Source of the DNA: Tubiluchus corallicola
Taxonomy: Eukaryota; Animalia; Priapulida
Length of the DNA stretch: 64,000 nucleotides
Direction: 5' to 3'
Assembly (NCBI GenBank): GCA_030141605.1
Contig: JAQGDQ010002372.1
Span: forward strand, 744,001-808,000
Shown piece by piece: positions 54,001-64,000 of the stretch. Each line of letters opens with the position of its first letter. The first letter of the stretch is position 1. The notes under the pieces were generated by a model. That model was given only the letters and a program-made list of their open reading frames with translations, was not told the origin of the DNA and searched no databases. A program made the translations under genes and the position numbers.

Positions 54001-54336
54001 TAAATGTCACCAATGTGATGTCTGCAGAAAATTTAAAGTTGCGTGTTCATTTATTTCTGCAATTTGCATCTGTCCCGTTTTTTATATTCCTGATGCAATA
54101 ATTTCTGTATAGTATTGTGTATAGTAGTCACATTCCATTTTATGTGGTTTGCAGCAGACTGTGATGTAAATGCTTGGTGTCGCCATAGCCGCAACTGTGT
54201 AAGTATGAACATTCCCTAAATGAAAGCTTTATCAGTATTTACATCAGTATTTCTCTGATGGGCAACTCTTCGATGTTCGTTATAAAGAAAGTTTTATCTT
54301 CAGATCATCATGCAGAGTCTACTCCAGAGTTGTAAT

Positions 54337-54555
54337 TACTGTGATCACTACAATTGCAAAAGTTAAGTAGCAACGAGCTTGATTAGTAAATGGATGGTAA
54401 ATTTAATTAGTAAATGGTAACTGCCAGAAAACCTGCTTCTGGGTGTTTTCATCTGCCAGATGCCTTCATTGATGGAAAATAGATGTAATGTAATATGTAA
54501 TCTGATAATATGTAATCTGGTGGAGAATAGATAATATGTAAGATGGAGAATAGAT
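54337..54555 (+). mobile_element. 5S rRNA-derived SINE relic with short-repeat tail
   Basis: GATCAC...AAGTTAAGTAGCAACGAGCTTGATTAGTAAATGGATGG is 5S-like; the body is shared with 10100-10262; the tail is ATATGTAA-type repeats. Confidence 0.55.
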
Positions 54556-57500
54556 ATACATGCAAACGTGCCTAAGTCACATCTGTCATTGTCACTTAAG
54601 TACCTACTTTTGGAGAATTATCAAATTAGGTCAGGTCGTTTCTAATATTGAACTAGGTTTCAGACCCACCACAAGTACTCAACAAAACAGTAGACCCTGC
54701 AACTTGGTTCTGACTTCCAGTCGTCGAACAGAATAAAAAGTAATTTTGCTTTGATAATTTTGCTTAGGATATTCAAAACATGGAACATTTTTAACGGAAA
54801 AAATAATATAATGTATAAATAATTTGAATTTTTTGTTGAGCATTCATATACCATGAGTGAACTGCAATAATTTGTAGAATTATTATAAATTTGGCATTTC
54901 TGCAGTTGGTAGCATGATCTATATGTGGGTCGTCAGTTATATTTGTCACTTTGCTGCCCTTGCTGTTCCGTGCTATATCGATCAGCACAGTATTACTTAT
55001 GCAATGTTTGTTCACTACATTAACCACACTTTAATCAAAATTTATTGCCAGCTTTCTCAATCCATTATCACATTTAATCACCCCTCAGCTTCCGCAGGCT
55101 TCTACGCACATGGTTTCCATTCACCTTGCGATCTTCCTCGTGATTACTGGCTGCGTTTTTCTTTGTAAAAGTGACTGTGAGCTGTAATAGCAGTAATTAT
55201 TTTTGACTACACCTATCAGCAGGGCATTGTTTGCGGAAAAGCGCCTGACACAATCTATTTTTTGCGGCCTTTGCATGACTGGTTTATATATGTGTGAATG
55301 TCAAAACGCTATGAGTCTCGCCAAATGTAGAAGTCTCAGAAAATGCATTTTATGGGTAATATGAGACAATAGCGAATAGCTGAGTGGTCACAGTGTGTGC
55401 TTAACAGCTGAATCAACAGACTGTACGATTACTGATTTACAAATGTCAATGAAAAGTGACAGTTTACATGTAAAATAGTATTCTGGTATAGGTTTTTCCA
55501 ATTTTTTTCGAATATAACTATTGAGTAGGGTAAACCATAGTTGGTATCAGGCCAGTTTTCCAGATCGTTTACCCCACGCTGTTAGCTGGCGTGTATGCGT
55601 CTGAGAAAATTTCCGGCTATTAAGCCATTCTTCAGAATAATAAATGCTGATTTTTTTCAACAAATTGGCGCTTAGTAAGAAACTTGTGAACAAAACTGAT
55701 TCAATTAATACTTAAGTACTAAAACTTATAATATTACATGAGTTCTATGACCCTTTTATCTTGCAAAAATATCCTCAGTGGCTATCCGTTACCCATTTCA
55801 AGCACAAGCATTTCACAAGTATTTCCAGTACTGGTGCTAACTCAGTTAAATTCAAAAGATTGTGTGTTCTGAAAAATCTCAACTGTCCAACTTCGAAGGG
55901 GGTTCGTTTGCATGTGCGTGAAAATAAGCTGTTTCTTGAGCTCTACACGCGGCCGACCTTGTGCTAATCGACGTATTGATATTTGCTTCTGGTGCACATC
56001 TCGCAGACTTCAACACTGATGGAAGGAATGAGCCATTATATAAAACGTGATTGCAACAAATACTCGGCGTCCATGCACGCGACTAATTGGACCATTCACT
56101 GGAATATGTAAAAATTTTCTGTGCAATTAGCAGCTAATCACTGAACGTAATTTCAATTGCATTTCTTATCTTCGATTTTATGGTTGTTTTAATGGCCGTG
56201 TTTAGGAAAAACGAAGTCACTCAATATTTGGTAAGGAGCATGCGCAATAGAATAGATAGACTAAAGGACATGGTCTGTGCCGATAGGTTAACAATACAAA
56301 ATAGTCAGTATGGATGGGTTGCTGTTGCTGTTCATATTGTTGTACCCATTAGTAAGGATTTTGCAAAACCTGAAAAGTTGGTGTAATCAAGGATGGTTTT
56401 GCACTGAGCAGTTCCTTACCGCATGTCACCTGTTATATGTAGTTATAAAATGTCGAAAGACCGCAAAACAAAATTGCAGTAAAACAAAGTTGAAAATTAA
56501 AGGGCAAAATGGCCATAAGGTAGAAATTTATATGGAAATTATGTGAAGATGGTTCTGCCCAATTTTCTATCCAAGGGCGTTTTGTTCCACATTAGGTACA
56601 TTTTTTGATCACTTTGCTTGCCAATGACTGTTTTTGTGCTTATAATCCTACGTACCAATCTTTTCTTCAGTTTCTTTTACGTTCTTTTATTTATGTCGCG
56701 CATTTCACTTTACAAATTTCCTTCATTTTTCCTACACCTGTATCACACACACTTTGTCCCTGAATCGCACACCTGTAACCTGTAACTGAATTAATCAGCG
56801 GTCTCCTTTTAAATGACTGATATCTCCAGCAGCCATGCATTATGGTTCATTTCTTGCAATAATCAGTTTGTTCCCTCAGAGCCACTTAAAAGGTTTGTGG
56901 ACCTTATCGGGAATGATTTCTGTATTTCCTTGATGGAACTGACTGAAATGAGTTTAACAGCACTTTACCCAGATCAAGCGTCAAATGCCGGCAAGAAAAC
57001 ATTTCTGTACAACTGACGATCGAAGGACTGCTGCAAGAGGCAAGCTCTGTTTTTGCAAACTTGCATGTACATGTATGATATTCAAAGAGTCTTCAACTTT
57101 TGAGAAATTTCATTATCCTTATAAAATGCAGATTTTTTTATTGTTTATAGCAATTGAACAATAATTACGCTCGCTGCACTGTTGTATACAGTGTTTTCTT
57201 GTAGTACTTGTAAAAGGTGAACTTTATTTTATTGTACTCAAGAAATTGTTATGTTATTGTATTGTTTTGTAAAACAATTTGTTCTTTCCGATTCGCACAA
57301 AAAAAAACAACTGCAAAGCTTTTAGTTGAAGCAGACTGGGATGCCCGGTAATGTGAATTTGCTCAGAAATCGGACTACCTGAACGGAAATAAATAACCAA
57401 TGATAAAGTTTCTTGGGGGATTTTGACAAATCGTATCAAGCAAAAGCATAGCCCAAGTTACCAACTTCTGATCTTCGTTTTTGCTTCCAAGGTTAGACGT

Positions 57501-60486
57501 TGTGTGAGAATTTTTAGTTTTTAGGTGCATCTCAAAATTAGTATTCACGGCTTGCTGCTCTTTTTGACGTTCCGAGCGAACCTTTGAGGTACATTTATGT
57601 GTGTAAAACGGTGCCTTGAACATCTGTTTCTTAATGACGAGTAGAATGCAGATGTGCTGATTTTGATGAAATATTTATTGGGTGCATTCTGAATTATTCA
57701 TTTCAAATCCACAATGTCAAAACAATGTGGATATGTCCAAAGGAATAATCCGAAGAGCAGCTATCCTAACTTAGTTGTCTCCAAGGAGTTCTAATTTGTT
57801 TTTTTAAATACATCTTTCAGTCACAATCTTCTAGCACCGTTCTAGCACGTTCTTTGAGCACCCTTCTCACACGTACCATGTTTCAAGATAGAAAACTGAA
57901 ATACTGAAGCAATTTCAACTGAGCATCTTTGAATTACCGTTTACTCTTATAAATACTAACATTTCAACGAAAAATTGTTAGCGTCGTATTTATATAGTTT
58001 GGAGATAATGGTCACAAGTTCATATAAATAAAATAAAATTCCTGGCACTTTACCAAATTTTAAAAATTTGTGTAATTTTATCAAATATTATTTAATGCAA
58101 GGGGGACTTCTTGGTTTGCATGTATGAATAGCAGGTTTCTGAATACAAAACTTGTACTCGAAATCGAAATGCACAACCTATATATCCCTTCATCATTACA
58201 CATCATCGCTACTTCACGACGTCTATCGTAATAATGTACTAAAATCTTTACTAAAGTTATTGTATTAAACATTAATGTACTTTGGAATTTGACACTCAGT
58301 TTCGCACATTTAGTTACATTCAACTTTTGACATATATTTTGAGCTATGACAACACAGCTCCTTGAAGATGGCTGTTTGGGAACATCTAAAACTTGGAAGC
58401 TATTAAACAGCATAGATACTGAATACAATTCATATAACTTATACAGCTTATCTTTTATGTGGTATTGTTGATGCAAATGCGGTCAGCGTAAATTATCTGA
58501 GAAACTGTGCTTATCTAGGGTATAATAAGTACACTAGTCTAGCTCCCCTGACGTACTTGCTTCTGAATATCGCCATTAAGTCTTACTCTTCTAGTGTATT
58601 GATCACGTCAATTGTATATGAACATTGCTGTTTATGACTTCTATATTCCGTAATTACTGGTGACATGCTGGTGGAACTGGTGGCCCCGCGGCAAGTATGC
58701 CGGAGTATATCGGAGACAGGCATAGTGAAGCCACAGAAATTTTTTTAGCAAGAATAAAAAGCAGAAATTACTATAGTTTGTAGCCTGTTCATTAACTGAT
58801 GTTGTATTAATGAGAGTTGCATAAAATCGCCACACGATAAAAATGTAATCAAACAGTACACCTGACTATAAAGGTACGTTGCTAAGCAAATTATCAATGT
58901 GGAATACATGTTTTTCATCTAAGCCACACATACAGTTCGTAAAACATCAGTTTACTTTTTCCTCAGCTTTCTCAACTTGTTGACATGAAAGTCAATTTAT
59001 AGACCCAGTGACATGCAAACGAATTTTTCCACTCGTCTAATAGGATTTTTCCAATTCTGATTTCCGATTTCGCTGATATATGTGCATATCGTGTATCTAT
59101 TTGAATTTCGTCTCACTGCACTGGCAATATTGCCGTGCTACAAGTTACTATAAAATGGCTAGTGAGTGTTACCGCAATTATTTCACATAACTTTCATTAT
59201 AGTCACAGAATTTTTTCTGGAACCATATTTCATTATTAGGTTAAGTTTGGCTTGCAGAGGAGCCAAAATTGGATGCATATCCTAGTGCAACCTTTTTTCC
59301 TTCTTGATGGCTGTATCTGCATTTGATGGAAATTGGAAAATATTTAGGTTTGCGTAAGGTGCATTTTACTGGGAAGTTCCAACTGTTTCGCCTTTACTGC
59401 ATACTTTCTCCTTGCTTTGCGGAGATACACCTTGTCGGCGTCTCAGCCATGGAAGTTGTAAAAGCAATATGATGCGGCAATCCAACCATAAAACAGGCTC
59501 TTGATTGCTGCTTTTACAAGACGTCATTGCTTTTCTGTATGTTTTTAGTCTCTGGTGCACGTGCGTGCTCATTCACGCGACAAAACAAGAGTATACTTGC
59601 AATTCCGTGCATATGGCTTCTCAGATTTGAAATCCACTGGTTTGTAATAATTGAGAGAACAATGTTGAATATTATTATATATTATTGAATTTGCTGCTTT
59701 TAGTTGTTTCTAATCAAACCGGCAGTAATATTTTTCATGTAACTGAATAAGTGAAATTAATTACTTAGGTGTGATGGTTGAAAGTAACGATTAAACATAT
59801 GCGTCACGACTTCACCAATTAAAAGAAATGGCAATAAGACCTCAAACGTATTCAACAACAGCACACTGACCGTAGGATCGCCATTTTAAAGGAAGCTTTT
59901 CAATCCAAAGCCATTTAACTGTCAGTGAGCTGCATAAGAATTAATCGGAATTTACTCGCGTCATTGCTCTTAATCGTTAATAAATTCCGTTATTGTGTAT
60001 AAGAGAACGATTTTTCGGGCTTGGGTTTTCAGTGTTTCTTCAGTTTTTATACGTACGCTGGACTGCACATGCAAAAAACTCTCCAGGAAATGAAAAATGT
60101 AGACGCAATTAGTATGTGCTGTTTAAGCAAATTACACAAACATTAAACACTCTTTGAATACCCTGTAATGCTTTATTCATTAATCTGTCTTCCTTTCACT
60201 AAATGGTTAATCTGTCTTCCTCACACTAAATGAGCATGATAGTAATAGAGTATCAGAAAAACAATTTTCCTGGGTTTGTGGTCGTTTGGCCAGCAATATC
60301 CTAACTGAGAAGTAAAAACAACTTTGCCAGCTTATTAATACAAGCTGTAGAAGTAATTGTTTTATGTAATTAACTAACCTTACCAAAATCCTATAGTTTT
60401 TTTTATAATTCCACTGCACTTTGTTTTTTTTTGTATATGTATTCTGTAGCTTCACACATCTCTGCTAAATTTACTCTAATAATAAT

Positions 60487-60712
60487 TAGTTTAGTTTAGT
60501 TTAGTTGAGTTGAGTTGAGTTGAGTTGAGTTGAGTTGAGTTGAGTTGAGTTGAGTTGAGTTGAGTTGAGTTGCGTTGCGTTGCGTTGCGTTGCGTTGCGT
60601 TGCGTTGCGTTGCGTTGCGTTGCGTTGCGTTGCGTTGCGTTGAGTTGAGTTGAGTTGAGTTGAGTTGAGTTGAGTTGAGTTGAGTTTAGTTTAGTTTAGT
60701 TTAGTTTAGTTT
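60487..60712. repeat. Symmetric compound pentanucleotide microsatellite
   Basis: (TTTAG)~4 (TTGAG)13 (TTGCG)14 (TTGAG)9 (TTTAG)5. Confidence 0.97.
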
Positions 60713-61650
60713 ATGTGGTATATGACCAACAAGGCCAGCCAAAATACGTTTTACAGAAACCACATCAGTTTGCGTGCACATTCAAGAGTAAACAGCACAT
60801 TGCATCATTACATCAGATGACTGCATAATATTGGATAACTTCTTTTCGTTACTAAGCGTTATATAACTTAGATATAGTTCACTTATATAATTATTTCAAA
60901 CGTTACGTGCTACTGCGTGTTTTGAACAATGAAATAAAAATATTTGTCTTCTACAACGTTACAGGTTTCACAAAGACGATTCCTAAACTGCGTCCGCTAG
61001 GTTCTAAGTTTATGATTTTATGTCTTTAATATTTTTATCATTTAATAAGGAAGATTCGAATACAAACTCGGACTTGTTGATAAAAGTGCAATTTAGACAT
61101 ATTTGTTAGAGATTGTCGTCAGGTTATTCAAAAGTTAGCTTTAACTCATCCTTCAGCAAGACAGACAGTATTAGAATAAAGCGCTATTGAGTCAGCATTT
61201 AGCAGTTGATCCAAATTTATCCTATTTAACATCAATTTCGACGACCTGTACCAAAGAACATTTAAAGTTTTGCTAAAGTGGTATCTTGGTTGCATAGTCG
61301 TGTTTGTGGAAAAGAAATACCCGAAGCCAATATTTAACAACTCTACAAGAAATATCTAAATTTATCTGATATCTTCCTAATGCTCCAACCATGGCTGGAG
61401 TAGGAGTTGTCAGCACCTAAAATTGCTTTATAATATTTAAGAAAAGGGTTTCAAGAACAGCAAAATATTTCATACCACAGATTTCACATCCATAACATAG
61501 GATGGGTTTGGCATATATGTTAAAGAAAGGTATTTGCAAAGTTGGCTTCAAAATACCCAAATGTTTTTGATTTACTCAGTAAAGAAAATACTACTTCGTT
61601 GCCTTGCGAGGCAGGATAATTTACAGATTCATTAAATTAATCATTTGGAT
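60713..61650 (-). mobile_element. Old RTEX-type LINE 3' relic
   Basis: Minus-strand peptides in mixed frames: KPILCYGCEICG...FLKYYKAILG, PAMVGALGRYQINLDISCRVVKYWLR, NHKL...RNRLCETCNVVEDKYF. It runs into a (TAAAC)n tail. Confidence 0.75.
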
Positions 61651-64000
61651 TAAAATATACGCCAATGCATTCGTGCTCGACATATTGTTTTATTAATGTG
61701 CCGTAGCAAAAGAAATCCTGTTGGTGATTCAACAAAAGTACTCTTTTCAAATATTAAAATTTCAATCTCACTGGATTTGACAGTTTAGACTCCATTTTCT
61801 ACAATGGCTGTTCAGTAGCTTTAACTGATGTAGCAAACCCTTCTTAGTTACAATAATTAAAACGAGATCATCTGTAAACATGTCATTAATTAGTATTATG
61901 CCATCAGAATCTTGTACATTTTTTATAGACACTCATCTAAATCAATAAAATACAATAAAAACAGCATGAGTGACAGAGTACAGCATTAAAGTACACCAAA
62001 TTCAACCAAAAAATACTCAATTAAACCAGGATCAGCTAACACAACTTCGTGTATGTGTAAATGCAGCTGAGCAGCATGCAATTTCCTTGATATTGGCCTT
62101 TTTCTTAAACAGTTTTGTCGTTGTTTTCTTTTGTAATAAAAATAGCTAACTGGACATCTCTATTATCTGTATTTAATTGAAATTTACGCATACTTTATTT
62201 TTTAATTTTCTTTTTGGGACTGTACGTTCATAATCGAGCAATTTTTTAAAAAATTTTTGCATTATGCCCGGATTGGAAAATTTTCTGCTGTACTTATTTA
62301 ATACCAGCTGCTACAGCTGGAAAAATAATTTCTTATACGCCAGATACAGTACTTAAGGTGCTATACTTACTACCTGATTTTATATTTGACAATTTTGGAT
62401 TGGCGTTGTTTCATTGCTTGGAAAATATGTTTTAATAATTATTGGCCAGAGGGTTGAAGTCGGGCTTGAGCATTGTCCCACACAATTGTTTTATCCAACG
62501 GACACATATTTTTTCTGCTCCTCATATTACATCTCTTGTGCTTGTGTATTTTCATTTTTTCAGCAAACATAAACAGAAACATAAAAGAGAAAAATCTACA
62601 TGCATATCAATAAAATTTTGGTACAGAATGTTGAAGACAATAACATACAGTTAATTGCTGAACAGCCTGTCGGCTGACGATAAATAAATCTCCCGGTATT
62701 TTCACTATTGCCAATTCTACCCTTTAAAATGCTAAATCTTGCTTCACAGGTGCAAAATTCCATAAGTTGCATGACAAAGCTCAGCAAGTTGCCGGCCTTG
62801 TGTATTAGTAATTTTATCCTCGTTAAACCTATCCGGGAACAAATTTACGTCATACAAATGAAAATGAGGATATGGAATTGTGGTGAAGTTTTGCTCACTA
62901 GCAGTTTCTTCATCTAAAATGAAATCATTCGAATTTGCTGTTTGTTTAGTTATTGAAATCACCACTGATGACATCATTAGGTAACTGCAATACAGTAGAT
63001 CTGGTGTAGGATTTACTACTTAGAATTTATGCAAATTAAGCAAAATATAACATTTTTAGGTAATTCAGACGAGTTGAATTTGAACCTCGCAATGTTTGGA
63101 TGCGTGGTTTTGACAATTTCATAGATTGAACTTAAACCAGAACAATGAAGCAATTCAAATCCACCTGCAATTCTTTACTTTTCACGTTCTGAACCAAAAA
63201 CATTTGTATCATAACCCGATTTGTTAAACGACGCACCGTCTGATAATCAAGTTTCTACTAAGCCAACGAAGTCAGGCTTACATATTAGTCCGTGGGACAA
63301 AAACCATGGTCTTGTAACAAGGTCTGTTATTGGGTACCCTTTATACCGTTATCTTGGTTGGTGTCCACTGCTGCCTGTCCCGACTTTCAACAGTTAAAGT
63401 TAAACTAGTTAAAGTTTCGATCCAAGTTCAATCAAAACACCTCTATAAAGTGACGTGCATTAAGATCCATTGCTCTAAGTTAGTTTATTCCTACTATGAT
63501 TGTGTCCACACTATTTTTGTTCTAGCTTCTAACTTAACTTATTACAAATCACTTCCTACTCTTCCATGTTTTTCACATGCAGTGCAGAGTCTTGAATCAA
63601 TCCAATCACTGAGATTTTCAAACGCCATTTTTCTCGAAAAATTCTTGCTACAAAATCTCTGCAGCGGTCTGTCGTTTGTCATTAATAATGCCTCGTCACA
63701 TTGAAAATGTTATTACAGGCCCTTATTAATGTCGCCATTCTCTTTTCACTGGAGCGTCTGCGTGTTTGCATAATGTCAGCAAACGAACTGAACGTGTTTT
63801 TCAAGGTGTGCTTCATTGTGTTTGATTTTTAAGCATTAAATATTACACAAATAGTTTTCTAATAACTGAGAAAATCAAAATTGTTAAACACGTTTACATT
63901 CAGGGAATATAGCCGTTACAATACAGTAAACAGTATGGCGAACCTTATGATTGCAAAGACTTATTTTGTGATTTTTTTTGTATAATATGGAGGTAACAAA

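Noticed and set aside
52000-60400. Numerous 60-131 aa ORFs
   Set aside because: No domain motifs or consistent exon chain; lengths are as expected by chance or from TE decay.
60487-60712. CRISPR-like or telomeric array
   Set aside because: No spacers, eukaryotic context, and the units are not TTAGG or TTAGGG; explained as a LINE-tail microsatellite.

Overview
AT-rich genomic DNA from an invertebrate animal (the species cannot be determined from the sequence), with spliceosomal introns. Four protein-coding genes were reconstructed by hand from splice sites and reading frames. (1) An integrin alpha subunit without an alpha-I domain, on the minus strand: 16 exons from 13169 to 631, continuing off the left edge. 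(2) A complete SWEET1/SLC50A1 sugar transporter on the minus strand (22199-15232). (3) A TPR protein of the Acl4 (Rpl4 assembly chaperone) type on the plus strand (28295-35451), head-to-head with SWEET; its last exon is not securely found. (4) A single-coding-exon type I LRR transmembrane protein on the minus strand (39746-37152), probably nested antisense in the last intron of the TPR gene. Positions ~40-64 kb have no convincing host coding exon and look richer in CpG by eye. Introns and intergenic DNA hold decayed RTEX and CR1-like LINEs, several MITEs, 5S- and tRNA-derived SINE relics and microsatellites. I found no clearly new biological system. The best leads are the nested LRR receptor, the integrin's missing promoter or 5' exon, candidate recursive splice sites, a TE-split bidirectional promoter and an insertion in an integrin Ca2+-binding loop. 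No alignments or searches were run, and TE boundaries are approximate.
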